From Candidatus Omnitrophota bacterium (GTDB lineage: Bacteria; Omnitrophota; Gorgyraeia; B26-G9): a stretch of DNA of 64,000 bases. The notes under the pieces were generated by a model. It was not told the origin of the DNA. It was given only the letters and a program-made list of their open reading frames with translations, and searched no databases. This document shows, piece by piece, positions 50,765-61,071 of the stretch (its first letter is position 1; each line of letters begins with the position of its first letter). Where the stretch lies: the NCBI GenBank assembly GCA_043805415.1, contig JAZDHZ010000002.1, positions 15,773-79,772 of the forward strand, given 5' to 3'. Both the position numbers and the translations under genes were made by a program.

Positions 50765-51860
50765 CCTGGAAAAAAACTCAAGAATAGTGATTAAAGTCGG
50801 CTCAAGTATTCTGGTTGATGATTCTGGTAAGCTGGATATGGCTAAATTAGGATCAATTACGACTATAGTCAGCGGCTTAAAAAAAAACGGCTACAATGTT
50901 GTGCTGGTTTCTTCCGGGGCGATTGCTTGCGGAATGGAAAAACTGGGGTATACCCATAGACCCCAAACCATAGCGGAATCTTCATGTGCCGCAGCCATTG
51001 GGCAGAGTCTGCTGATGTTTGCTTATGAACAGTTATTTCGCAAAGCCGGACTTATCTGCGCGCAAATCCTCTTGACTTCCGATTGTCTGGACAAAAGAGA
51101 TAGATATTTAAACGCCCGGACTACAATTTTACATCTGCTGGAAAAGGGCAATGTTGTGCCGATTGTCAATGAAAATGACGCGGTTGTAACTGATGAGATC
51201 CGCTTTGGCGATAATGATAAACTTTCCGCTCAGGTCGCGGTTTTGATTGACGCGCAGCTTTTGGTAATCCTTTCTGATGTCGATGGGGTTTATGATGAAA
51301 AGGGAAAAGTAATTGATCAGATCGCGGAGATTGATTCCTGTATTGAAAAATTAGCCGGTGATACATCTCGGCAAACCAGTACCGGCGGAATGATTACTAA
51401 ATTTGAAGCAGCGAAAATCGCGGCTAATGCCGGAATTTTGATGGTAATCGGTAATGGCAAAAATATTGATCTTGTGCAAAACATTGTTGATGCCAAGCAG
51501 GTGGGAACATGGTTTATCCCGAAAAAAGATAAAATTTCCGGGAAGAAAAAATGGATCGCGTTTAGCTGTAAGAATTGCGGTAAAATTATTGTTGATGATG
51601 GGGCAAAAAAAGCGCTAATTGAAAAGAAAACAAGTTTGCTGGCAATCGGGATTGTCGCGATTGAAGGAAAATTTTCTTTTGGTGATTTGGTGGTTATTTT
51701 TGATCAAAATGCTAATGAAATAGCGCGGGGTTTAACCAATTATTCCAGTGATGAATTAGCAAAGATTAAAAAAGTTAAAACCGCGGACATTGAAAATATT
51801 TTGGGCTATAAGTCTTATGATGAGGTTATTGACCGAGATAATCTGGTTGTGGTTAAATAA
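50757..51860 (+). CDS. proB: glutamate 5-kinase
   Basis: VIKVGSS...; C-terminal PUA. Confidence 0.9.
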   Translation: MINLEKNSRIVIKVGSSILVDDSGKLDMAKLGSITTIVSGLKKNGYNVVLVSSGAIACGMEKLGYTHRPQTIAESSCAAAIGQSLLMFAYEQLFRKAGLICAQILLTSDCLDKRDRYLNARTTILHLLEKGNVVPIVNENDAVVTDEIRFGDNDKLSAQVAVLIDAQLLVILSDVDGVYDEKGKVIDQIAEIDSCIEKLAGDTSRQTSTGGMITKFEAAKIAANAGILMVIGNGKNIDLVQNIVDAKQVGTWFIPKKDKISGKKKWIAFSCKNCGKIIVDDGAKKALIEKKTSLLAIGIVAIEGKFSFGDLVVIFDQNANEIARGLTNYSSDELAKIKKVKTADIENILGYKSYDEVIDRDNLVVVK

Positions 51861-51912
51861 TCTAGGATTGATTTAATGATCAATTACTTAAAAAGAAATG
51901 CAGGAGGATTTA

Positions 51913-53169
51913 ATGTCTTTACAGTCTGAGCTTATAACTATCGCTAAGCAGGCGCAAAAGGCAGCCCGATTCCTAAGTGTTGTTTCTACCGCAGAAAAAA
52001 ATAAAGCGCTTAAGGCCATGGCCCAGGGATTGCTTAAAAACAGCAAAGCAATCATTATGGCGAATAAAAATGATATCCAATCCGCAAAAAAGGAAAATCG
52101 AAATTCCGCTTTTATTGATCGGCTCACTCTTAGCCAATCAGGAATAAAAAAAATGAGCGAAGATCTGTTGAGTGTAGCAGATTTAGCTGATCCAATATCT
52201 GCGGTTATTAAGACTTGGCAAAGACCAAATGGATTGGTTCTGAGCAAAGTTAGAGTTCCTTTGGGAGTGATCGGCATAATTTATGAATCTCGTCCGAATG
52301 TTACCAGCGACTGCGCGGGTTTGTGCTTAAAAACCGGCAATGCGGTTATCCTGCGCGGCGGCAAAGAGTCGTTTCATTCAAATCTGGCTATTTACAAAGT
52401 AATCTCCAGCGCTTTGGTTAAAGTTAATTTCCCCCAGGGGTGTATTAACCTAATTCAAACAACTGACCGTCAAGCCGTAAGCGAGATGCTTAAACTTAAT
52501 GATTATATTGATCTGATAATTCCCCGGGGAGGAGAATCTTTGATTCGCAGTGTTGTGGAAAATTCGCGGATTCCGGTGATAAAACATTATAAAGGGATCT
52601 GTCATACATATATTGATAAGTATGCTGATTTTACCATGGCGCAGGAAGTTGCTTTTAATGCCAAAGTGCAAAGGCCTTCTACTTGTAATGCCATGGAATG
52701 TTTACTTGTGCATTCGGCGATCGCGGAGAAATTTTTGCCGCAGATGATCAAACGCCTGCAAACAGCCGGAGTGGAAATCAGAGGCTGTGAAAAAACAGTT
52801 AAGCTTATTCCCGGAATAAAGCTGGCCAGCAAGCAGGATTATGCTACTGAGTATCTGGATTTAATTCTGAACGTGAAAATTGTTAGTTCCCTGAAGCAGG
52901 CAATTGAGCATATTACTAAATACGGCAGCAAGCATTCTGAGGCGATTATCACCGAGAACTTACGCAATGGCATGAACTTTCAAAAATCAGTTGACGCGGC
53001 CTGTGTTTATTTAAATGCCTCTACCCGTTTTACTGACGGCAATCAGTTTGGTTTAGGCGCGGAAATCGGGGTCAGTACTGATAAACTGCACGCGCGCGGA
53101 CCAATGGGGCTTGAAGAGCTGACAACCTATAAATATATCATAATGGGTAATGGACAAATCCGGACCTAA
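51913..53169 (+). CDS. proA: glutamate-5-semialdehyde dehydrogenase
   Basis: ATG after aggagg; ALDH-fold motifs; proBA synteny. Confidence 0.9.
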   Translation: MSLQSELITIAKQAQKAARFLSVVSTAEKNKALKAMAQGLLKNSKAIIMANKNDIQSAKKENRNSAFIDRLTLSQSGIKKMSEDLLSVADLADPISAVIKTWQRPNGLVLSKVRVPLGVIGIIYESRPNVTSDCAGLCLKTGNAVILRGGKESFHSNLAIYKVISSALVKVNFPQGCINLIQTTDRQAVSEMLKLNDYIDLIIPRGGESLIRSVVENSRIPVIKHYKGICHTYIDKYADFTMAQEVAFNAKVQRPSTCNAMECLLVHSAIAEKFLPQMIKRLQTAGVEIRGCEKTVKLIPGIKLASKQDYATEYLDLILNVKIVSSLKQAIEHITKYGSKHSEAIITENLRNGMNFQKSVDAACVYLNASTRFTDGNQFGLGAEIGVSTDKLHARGPMGLEELTTYKYIIMGNGQIRT

Positions 53170-53746
53170 AAAACGTATTGGAATTCTTGGGGGCACATTT
53201 AACCCTGTTCATTTTGGGCACTTGGCTATTGCTGCTGCTGCCAAGGAACAGGCAAAACTTGATCTGGTAATTTTTATTCCAGCGCGTGTTCCTCCGCATA
53301 AGAACCCTCAAAATTTAATTGATTCAAAACTGCGTTATGAAATGACACAGTTGGCAATAAGCGATAATAAAGAGTATACGATCAGTAATATTGAAATTAA
53401 GAAAGAAACAGTTTCTTATTCAGTTGAGACGCTAAAGCAGATTAAAAAAATATATCCGCAGGCAGAAATATTTTTTATTATCGGTTCAGATTCCGTGCCG
53501 GAATTAAAAACCTGGCGCTTGATCAATGAAATCTTTAAACTTTGCTGTTTTATCGTGGCAAAACGTCCTGATTTTGAGCGATTTGATAATTCTGATTTGC
53601 CAAATAGCGCGGTAATCCTAAACGGGATTTATCCGAATATTTCAAGTACTCGGATTCGAGAGCTTTTAAAACAGGGTTTAGCGGTTGAGGATCTTGTCCC
53701 AGAGCCAGTGATTAAGTATATTAAAGAAAATAAACTGTATAAATGA
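53150..53746 (+). CDS. nadD: nicotinate-nucleotide adenylyltransferase
   Basis: GGTFNPVHFGHL. Confidence 0.85.
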   Translation: MDKSGPKKRIGILGGTFNPVHFGHLAIAAAAKEQAKLDLVIFIPARVPPHKNPQNLIDSKLRYEMTQLAISDNKEYTISNIEIKKETVSYSVETLKQIKKIYPQAEIFFIIGSDSVPELKTWRLINEIFKLCCFIVAKRPDFERFDNSDLPNSAVILNGIYPNISSTRIRELLKQGLAVEDLVPEPVIKYIKENKLYK

Positions 53747-53777
53747 AAAATAAAATCAAACGAAACGAATAGATAAA

Positions 53778-54782
53778 ATGGATACGCATCTTACTTATAT
53801 ATTGCCTGTGATCTTAATTATTTTAGTTGCTTTTTCCGCTTTCTTCGCGATGTCGGAAGTTGCGTTTGTCAGCCTGAATAAGTTAAGATTGCGTTATCTG
53901 CTTAGTCAGAACCGAAAAAATGCCACAGATGTTCATCGGGTGGTGAATAAAATGGATAAGCTGATTACCACAATCCTCGTGGGTAATAATTTTGTAAATA
54001 TCGCGATTTCCGCGATTGGTACGGCAATTTTTATTAAAATTCACGGCAATAATTTCAGCTCTATCGCGATATCAACGCTAATCGTTACTTTTGTGGTTTT
54101 ATTTGCCGGAGAAATTACACCGAAACTGTTTGCGGTTAAGCATGCGGAAGAAGTTGCTTTGCGCGTTGCCTGGTTAATGGATTTGATCATCAATCTTCTT
54201 TCTCCGATTGTCAGAGTGTTTTTGGAGGGCAGTAATCTGTTTTTAAAGCTATTGGGTGAGCCGCCGTCAAAACGTTCTCCGCTGGTTAGTGAAGAAGAAA
54301 TCCGGCTGATGATCGAGTTGGGCAAAGAAGAGGGTGTGTTGACTGATCGGGAAAGAAGCATGCTGCATCGCATCTTTGAGTTTGGCGATACTCTGGTCTA
54401 TGAAGTGATGATGCCGGTTGATAAAGTTGTCGCGATTGATATAAATTCTACAGCCGATGATATTCTGGATGTGATTGTGGAAGAAGGGCACTCGCGTATT
54501 CCGGTATATGCTGGAGATATAAATAATATCGTCGGGGTGATTTATGCCCGAGAGCTGCTGACTATCTGGAGAAATAAAGATCTGATAATAATCCGCGATT
54601 TATTACATCCGCCGTTTATTGTAAAAACCCGGATGAGAGTAAGTCAGCTTTTGCATGAATTTCAAAGAATTCATATTTATATGGCGATTGTTAAGGATGA
54701 AAAAAATGATACCCAGGGCTTGGTGACTTTAGAAGATCTTATCGAGGAAATAGTGGGTGAAATCGAAGGGGATGTAAGTTAA
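53778..54782 (+). CDS. CNNM/CorC-HlyC family transporter (DUF21 + CBS pair)
   Basis: 4 TM segments; CBS pair. Confidence 0.8.
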   Translation: MDTHLTYILPVILIILVAFSAFFAMSEVAFVSLNKLRLRYLLSQNRKNATDVHRVVNKMDKLITTILVGNNFVNIAISAIGTAIFIKIHGNNFSSIAISTLIVTFVVLFAGEITPKLFAVKHAEEVALRVAWLMDLIINLLSPIVRVFLEGSNLFLKLLGEPPSKRSPLVSEEEIRLMIELGKEEGVLTDRERSMLHRIFEFGDTLVYEVMMPVDKVVAIDINSTADDILDVIVEEGHSRIPVYAGDINNIVGVIYARELLTIWRNKDLIIIRDLLHPPFIVKTRMRVSQLLHEFQRIHIYMAIVKDEKNDTQGLVTLEDLIEEIVGEIEGDVS

Positions 54783-54827
54783 TTTACATTGTGATTAATT
54801 AAATTTTAAATAGGAGCTGGATTTATT

Positions 54828-55184
54828 TTGAAAGACAAAGTATTGAGAATTGTTGAACTGGCAGAGGAAGTAAAAGCCGATGATATTGTTGTTTTAGATC
54901 TACGTAAAATATGTAATTTTTGTGATTATTTTGTGATTTGTACTGGAACTTCTTCAACTCACGTCAAAGGGATCGCGGATCAAATAAATGCCCGGTTAAA
55001 GGAATGTGGTTTTACTACGAATCCGCGGGCAAGTTATCAAGAATCCCGCTGGATAGTATTGGATTATGCCAGTGTAATGGTGCATGTTTTTGATCAGGAA
55101 GCTCGGGAATTTTATGACTTAGAAAATCTTTGGGCCCAAGCGAAAAAAATGAATTTAAAGAAAAAGGAGAAAAAAAAGAAATAA
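54828..55184 (+). CDS. rsfS: ribosome silencing factor RsfS (Iojap)
   Basis: TTG start; DIVVLDLR...DYFVICTGTSS...VHVF. Confidence 0.8.
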   Translation: MKDKVLRIVELAEEVKADDIVVLDLRKICNFCDYFVICTGTSSTHVKGIADQINARLKECGFTTNPRASYQESRWIVLDYASVMVHVFDQEAREFYDLENLWAQAKKMNLKKKEKKKK

Positions 55185-55907
55185 ATGGATTTATTGACTT
55201 ATATTTTACCCATTGTGACTTTTTTTGTTGGTAGTTTTATCGGATATCGGATCTATCGCAAAGAAGAGCGGCTTAGACATCGCCGTGTCTGGAGCCGAAT
55301 TGAGCGGCGTAATGTTATGCGGACAATAAATTCACTTGTTTCGGCTATTGATTTTAAAGATAAACAGACAAGAAACCACTCGGATAATGTAAGGCATTAT
55401 GCGGTAGCGATTGCTAAGGCAATGGGGCTATCTCAATCCCAAATCGATACAATAAAAGAAGCGTGTCAAGTCCATGATCTTGGAAAAATCGGAGTGCATG
55501 ATAATATCCTGACTAAGCCGGGAAAACTTACGGAACAAGAGTTTAAGGAAATGAAATTACATTCCTTAGCCGGGGCGGTAATTTTAAAGCCGTTTCATTT
55601 CCTGGATAAAGTTGTATTAATCGTCAGGCAGCATCATGAACGTTATGACGGCACCGGCTATCCTGATGGAATTAAAGCGGAAAAAATTGATATTGGGGCT
55701 AGGATAATGTCAGTGGCTGATAGTTTTGACGCGATGACCAGCAAGCGTCCGTATCGTAATCCGATTAGTAAGGAGGATGCTTTGGCTGAACTGCAAAACT
55801 TTAGCGGTACGCAGTTTGATCCTAAGATTGTGGAAGTGTTTATTAAATTGATGAATGAAAGCACGGATTTATTTAAAATTCCAGGAGAACCTTTGGATGG
55901 AGTATGA
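55185..55907 (+). CDS. HD-GYP domain phosphodiesterase
   Basis: HSDNV...HDLGK...HHERYDGTGYP. Confidence 0.8.
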   Translation: MDLLTYILPIVTFFVGSFIGYRIYRKEERLRHRRVWSRIERRNVMRTINSLVSAIDFKDKQTRNHSDNVRHYAVAIAKAMGLSQSQIDTIKEACQVHDLGKIGVHDNILTKPGKLTEQEFKEMKLHSLAGAVILKPFHFLDKVVLIVRQHHERYDGTGYPDGIKAEKIDIGARIMSVADSFDAMTSKRPYRNPISKEDALAELQNFSGTQFDPKIVEVFIKLMNESTDLFKIPGEPLDGV

Positions 55908-57578
55908 TTTAAAAAATATAATTATCCAGTCAATAGAAGAGATTATTAAGGAAAATTCGCTTAGTAATAGAGATATTTTGGTTGAAATCGAAAATCCTAA
56001 AGATCAGCAATTCGGCGATTGGTCAGTTAATACAGCTATGAAACTGGTCAAAGACTGTAAAAAACCGCCTTTGGAAATCGCTAAATTTCTTACTGAAAAA
56101 TTGCCGGAAAAGCTTAAGCAAAAGCAGATACAGGATAAAATTGAAAAAATAGAAATAAAACCACCGGGATTCATAAATATTTTTCTTTCCAAAATGCGAT
56201 GTATGATGTGCTAAAGCTGATTCAGTCCCAAGGAGACAACTTCGGCAAGAGTAGCTTGGGAAAAAAACAAAAAATTTTAATTGAATTTGTCAGTGCTAAT
56301 CCTACAGGGCCTTTGAGTATTGCCCATGCGCGTCAGGCCGCAGTCGGAGAGAGTTTGGCAAGTATTTTGGCTTTTCGCGGTCAGGCTGTATCCAAGGAAT
56401 ATTACATCAATGATGAAGGAAATCAAATAAGAAATCTCGGCTTAAGTCTGCTGTTTAGATATAAAGAAAAATTAGGCAAAACCGATATTGAATTTCCTGA
56501 CCAGGGATATAAAGGCGAATATTTATTTGAACTTGCGCAGAAAATGATTGATGCGGATGGTGATAGGTTTTTAAATGATCAAACAGAGCCAACAATAAAA
56601 AAATTCTCGGATTTTGCCGCCAGTTCTATCTTGCAGGGGATTGAGCAGGAACTTAAATGTTTCGGGGTTGAATTTGATCAATGGTTTAGTCAGAAAGATC
56701 ATATAACCATTGAGAAGGTTACTCAGGTTCTAAATGAATTAAAAACTAAGAATTTGATCTATGAATTAGATGGGGCAACCTGGTTTAAATCAACCCAGTT
56801 CGGAGACGATAAAGACCGGGTGGTGATTAAAAGCGATGGACTGTTTACTTATCTTGCACCGGATATTGCTTATCATAAAATGAAGTTTGATCGCGGTTTT
56901 GACAAGCTTATTGACATCCTCGGTCCTGATCATCATGGGTATATAAACAGAATCAAGGCTTCTGCTTGCGCGCTGGGTCATAATAAAGATGATCTTGAGG
57001 TTTTAATCATTCAATTGGCAACTTTATCTAGAGACGGCCAGCCGGTTAAAATGTCAACCAGAGCCGGTGAATATATTACCTTACGGGAATTAGTTGATGA
57101 AGTTGGCTGTGACGCGGCCAGGTTTTTCTTTTTAATGCGGCGGTGTGATACGCATCTTGATTTTGGTCTTGAGCTTGCTAAAAAACATAGTATGGATAAT
57201 CCGGTTTATTATGTTCAGTATGCTCATGCTCGAATTTGCAGTATTTTTGAGGCGGCAAATCAGTATAAATCTGAACTGGAAAATATTAAGATTAATTACG
57301 CGCTTATTAATGAACCAGAAAGTCTTGATTTGATTCGCCGGCTGAATGCTTTTTCTGATGTTCTGCAATTGTGCGCAATAACCCTAGATCCGCAGGCTTT
57401 GACTACTTACTTAAGAGAACTGGCATCAGAGTTTCATGGTTTTTATAATAAACATCGCGTTTTTGCTGAAGGTCAATGGGAGACTACCAAGGCGCGTTTG
57501 GTTTTAATTGAATGCGTAAAACAGGTTATTTGTACAGGGTTAAAGCTTTTGGGCGTAAGCGCGCCTTTAAAAATGTAG
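55897..57578 (+). CDS. argS: arginine--tRNA ligase, reading frame interrupted near 56191-56199
   Basis: N-terminal add-on domain is in frame 1 (ends at stop 56212-56214); catalytic core in frame 3 is open from 56145 (HIGH-like PTGPLSIAHAR). Confidence 0.8.
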
Positions 57579-57596
57579 TAATCAGGCGGTGATTGT

Positions 57597-58991
57597 ATGG
57601 AAAACAAATATGATTTAATTGTTTTAGGTTCTGGACCGGGCGGATATGTGGCGGCTTTACGCGCCGCGGCTTTAGGCCAAAGAGTATGTTTAATTGAAAA
57701 AGAGGCTTTGGGCGGAGTATGTCTTAATTGGGGATGCATACCAACAAAGACATTATTAAAAAGCGCTCATTTTTTTAATTCCTTAAAAAAATCCGAGACT
57801 TTTGGCATTAAGCTAAAGCCGGACAGCATTGAGCTTGATTTTCAATCTATTCAGAAAAGAAAACAGGAAATTGTCGATAAACTTAAAAAAGGCATAGAAT
57901 TTTTACTTAAAAAACGCAATGTCAGCATAGTAATCGGACATGGCAAATTTCTCGATAAGAACAGCATTGATGTTGACGGGGAAAAAATATATTTTGATAA
58001 AGCGATTATTGCCACAGGTTCTTATCCCGCGGAATTAAGAGATATTAAATTCGATCATAGTATGGGAATTGTTTCCAACCGCGGAGTGCTGAGCTTTACG
58101 GCTGTGCCGAAAAGCTTGTTGATTATCGGAGGCGGTGTAATCGGCTGCGAATTCGCGGATATTTATTCCGCATTAGGCAGTGAAGTGACGATTGTTGAGT
58201 TTGCCGAACAAATTTTGCCTAATGAAGATAAAGATATCGTCCGTATTTTAGACAGTGTTTTTGAGAAAAGAAAAATCAAAATAATTACCAAGTCTAAAGT
58301 CGATTCGGTTATTCAACAAGCTAATGGCCAAAATCTATTGGCAAAAGTATCCAATGGCCAAGAGCTAAGAGTTGAAAAAGTACTGTTAAGCGTGGGCCGG
58401 ATTCCGAATATTAATAATTGCGGGCTTGATAATCTGGGAATAGAAATACAAGCTGGAAGAATTGTGGTCAATAGTCAGATGCAAACTAGCATAAGTACAA
58501 TTTACGCGATTGGTGATGCTGTGGGACAGAACTTCTTAGCGCATGTTGCCAGTCATCAGGCAATTGTGGCTGCTGAACATATAGCCGGAGCTAATGTCAG
58601 GATGAATTATGATATTATTCCGCGCTGCATTTACACTCATCCTGAAATCGCCAGCGTTGGTAAAACTCAAGAGCAAGCTGAAAAAATGGGAATAAAGATC
58701 AAGCTGGGTAAGTTTCCCTTCAGCGCATCTGGGAGGGCAATGATTGAAGCTGATTCTCCGGGGATGATAAAAATTATTGTTCAAGAAAATAATGATAAGA
58801 TTATCGGCGCAGCTTTATGTGGGCCTATGGCTACTGAACTGATTCATGAAATATGTGTGGCAATGAGCGCTGACTTAAAAATAGGCCAATTGGGAAATAT
58901 AATCCATGCTCATCCCACATTATCGGAATCAATCATGGAAGCAGCGCAAGATGCCGACGCGAATGCGATTCATCTGATAAAACAGCGATAA
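57597..58991 (+). CDS. lpdA: dihydrolipoyl dehydrogenase
   Basis: GSGPGGY; redox CLNWGCIPTK; C-terminal HAHPTLSE. Confidence 0.9.
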   Translation: MENKYDLIVLGSGPGGYVAALRAAALGQRVCLIEKEALGGVCLNWGCIPTKTLLKSAHFFNSLKKSETFGIKLKPDSIELDFQSIQKRKQEIVDKLKKGIEFLLKKRNVSIVIGHGKFLDKNSIDVDGEKIYFDKAIIATGSYPAELRDIKFDHSMGIVSNRGVLSFTAVPKSLLIIGGGVIGCEFADIYSALGSEVTIVEFAEQILPNEDKDIVRILDSVFEKRKIKIITKSKVDSVIQQANGQNLLAKVSNGQELRVEKVLLSVGRIPNINNCGLDNLGIEIQAGRIVVNSQMQTSISTIYAIGDAVGQNFLAHVASHQAIVAAEHIAGANVRMNYDIIPRCIYTHPEIASVGKTQEQAEKMGIKIKLGKFPFSASGRAMIEADSPGMIKIIVQENNDKIIGAALCGPMATELIHEICVAMSADLKIGQLGNIIHAHPTLSESIMEAAQDADANAIHLIKQR

Positions 58992-59067
58992 TAGCTAGGC
59001 GAAAAGTTTTAATCAAAAACAATGAAACAATAAAAATGCAGCTTGAAAAAAAAGCTTTATCATGTTA

Positions 59068-59095
59068 GGATTAATCATGTTAAGCTGATTAATCC
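59068..59095. promoter_or_regulatory. Perfect 9-bp inverted repeat GGATTAATC-N10-GATTAATCC upstream of the lipoyl/AsnC/aminotransferase genes
   Basis: Read directly; also a direct repeat ATCATGTTA x2. Confidence 0.4.
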
Positions 59096-59133
59096 ACAGA
59101 TTAAAATAATTTAAATAAACAGGAGGCTATGAA

Positions 59134-59373
59134 ATGCAAGAAATAGTAATGCCGGCTTTAGGAGAGGATATTGAAGAAGCGACGATATCATTTTGGCATG
59201 TTGTACCTGGAGAGCATATTGATAAAGGAGCTGATATTGTAGAAATCACCACAGAAAAAAGCACTTTTAATGTGCCAGCGCCTTGTACCGGTGTTATAAC
59301 TGAGATCATCGCCTTAGAGGGTGAATCTATTCCTGTCGGCGATGTTCTAGCGCGGATGGAGGAGGAGGATTAA
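59134..59373 (+). CDS. standalone lipoyl-attachment domain protein (E2-type)
   Basis: RBS aggagg; EITTEKSTFNVPAPCTGVITEI resembles E2 (V)ETDKA... Confidence 0.7.
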   Translation: MQEIVMPALGEDIEEATISFWHVVPGEHIDKGADIVEITTEKSTFNVPAPCTGVITEIIALEGESIPVGDVLARMEEED

Positions 59374-59374
59374 G

Positions 59375-59860
59375 ATGGATAAAATTTTAGAAATTCTTGA
59401 AAAAGACGCGAGAACTACTCCGGAAGAAATTGCCCGGTTTATTAATCAGGATGTAAAAACAGTAAAAAAACAGATTAAAAAATTTGAAAAAGACGGGGTT
59501 ATTCTTAGATATAAAACAATTGTGAATAAAGAGCTTGTTTGTGAGAAGAATAATGAATTAAGAGCTTTGATCGAAGTGAATATCCTGCCGCAAAAAAATC
59601 TGGGATTTGATCATATCGCTGAGCGGATTTATCAGTTCCCGGAAGTTTCCAGCTGTTCTTTGCTTTCCGGAACATATGATTTGCTCTTAATTGTTGAAGG
59701 AAAAGATATGCAGACAATATCAAATTTTGTCGCGGAAAAACTTTCTCCTATGGAAAATGTTCGGGGTACAGTAACTCACTTTTTGCTGAAAAAATATAAA
59801 GAAGATGGAGTGATTTTAAAACGCCGGGAAGAAAATAAACGGATTGCCATCTCATACTAA
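59375..59860 (+). CDS. Lrp/AsnC-family transcriptional regulator
   Basis: N-terminal HTH; C-terminal RAM domain. Confidence 0.85.
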   Translation: MDKILEILEKDARTTPEEIARFINQDVKTVKKQIKKFEKDGVILRYKTIVNKELVCEKNNELRALIEVNILPQKNLGFDHIAERIYQFPEVSSCSLLSGTYDLLLIVEGKDMQTISNFVAEKLSPMENVRGTVTHFLLKKYKEDGVILKRREENKRIAISY

Positions 59861-59887
59861 ATTAACAAGCCGCAAGCGGAGAATTTT

Positions 59888-61060
59888 GTGAAGAATAAAA
59901 ATTTTGTAGCAGACAAAGTTGAGCGATTAGCTCCATCGGGGATAAGAGCTTTTTTTGATCTTGTGCTCGGGATGAAGGACGTTATTAGTCTCGGGGTGGG
60001 AGAGCCGGATTTTGTGACTCCTTGGAATATCCGAGAAACAGGGATATTTTCCTTAGAGCAAGGATATACATCATATACCTCTAATAAGGGCTTATATAAA
60101 CTTAGATTGCTGATTCAGCGATCTTTAAAACAGCGTTATGGTTTAAATTATTCAGCGGATGATGATATTCTGATTACTGTGGGAGTTAGTGAAGCGCTTG
60201 ATTTAGCTGTACGCGCTATTTTAAATCCCGGGGAAGAAATCATTATTCCTGAGCCTTGTTATGTGTCTTATGGGCCTGTAGTTGAGTTAGCTGGGGGAGT
60301 GCCGGTATATTTGCCGGCTACGGCAAAACAAGGCTTTAAAATGACGGCAGCTCAGCTTGAACGCGCTTGTACTAAAAACACAAAAGGCATAATTTTAAAT
60401 TATCCGTCTAATCCTACGGGTGCTACTTATAATAAGCAGGAGCTTGAAGAAATAAGTAAGGTGTGTTTAAAACATAATCTGGTTGTGATTAGTGATGAGG
60501 TGTATGGGGATTTGACTTATTCGGGAAATCATGTTCCTTTTCCAACACTAAAAGGCGCTCAGGCAAATACTCTATATCTAAATGGTTTTTCTAAGGCCTA
60601 TGCTATGACCGGCTGGAGAGTTGGTTATGCTTGCGGTCCGAAACAGATAATCGCGGCAATGACTAAAATTCATCAGTATACGATTCTTTGTGCTCCGATT
60701 CTTAGTCAAATGGCGGCTTGCGAAGCTTTACAATCAGGGAAAAAAAGTTTAGAGCTTATGAAACAAGAGTATAATCGCCGAAGAGATTTTATGCATCAGG
60801 GTTTAAATGATATAGGCCTTTCGTGCACTATGCCTCAGGGCGCTTTTTATATTTTTCCCTCAATAGAAAAATCAGGGCTTAGTTCTCTTGATTTTGCCAA
60901 TCGGCTTTTAAAACAGCAAAAAGTCGCGGTTGTTCCAGGTGTTGCTTTTGGCAAAAATTATGATAATTATGTGCGAATTTCATATGCTACCAGTTATACA
61001 AAGCTGCAAGAAGCTGTTAAATGCATGAAGGTTTTTTTGGATAAATGTTTAAAAAACTAG
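59888..61060 (+). CDS. class I/II PLP-dependent aminotransferase (aspartate aminotransferase family)
   Basis: GTG start; FSKAYAMTGWRVGY; NPTG. Confidence 0.85.
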   Translation: MKNKNFVADKVERLAPSGIRAFFDLVLGMKDVISLGVGEPDFVTPWNIRETGIFSLEQGYTSYTSNKGLYKLRLLIQRSLKQRYGLNYSADDDILITVGVSEALDLAVRAILNPGEEIIIPEPCYVSYGPVVELAGGVPVYLPATAKQGFKMTAAQLERACTKNTKGIILNYPSNPTGATYNKQELEEISKVCLKHNLVVISDEVYGDLTYSGNHVPFPTLKGAQANTLYLNGFSKAYAMTGWRVGYACGPKQIIAAMTKIHQYTILCAPILSQMAACEALQSGKKSLELMKQEYNRRRDFMHQGLNDIGLSCTMPQGAFYIFPSIEKSGLSSLDFANRLLKQQKVAVVPGVAFGKNYDNYVRISYATSYTKLQEAVKCMKVFLDKCLKN

Positions 61061-61071
61061 CAGGAGGATCA

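Noticed and set aside
56185-56200. Programmed -1 ribosomal frameshift in argS
   Set aside because: There is no canonical slippery heptamer and no obvious downstream stimulatory structure. A homopolymer indel is the simpler explanation.
57132-57739. Small ORFs on both strands (57132..57368 -, 57145..57333 +, 57473..57739 -)
   Set aside because: They lie inside or antisense to the 3' end of argS and the start of lpdA, with no supporting signals.
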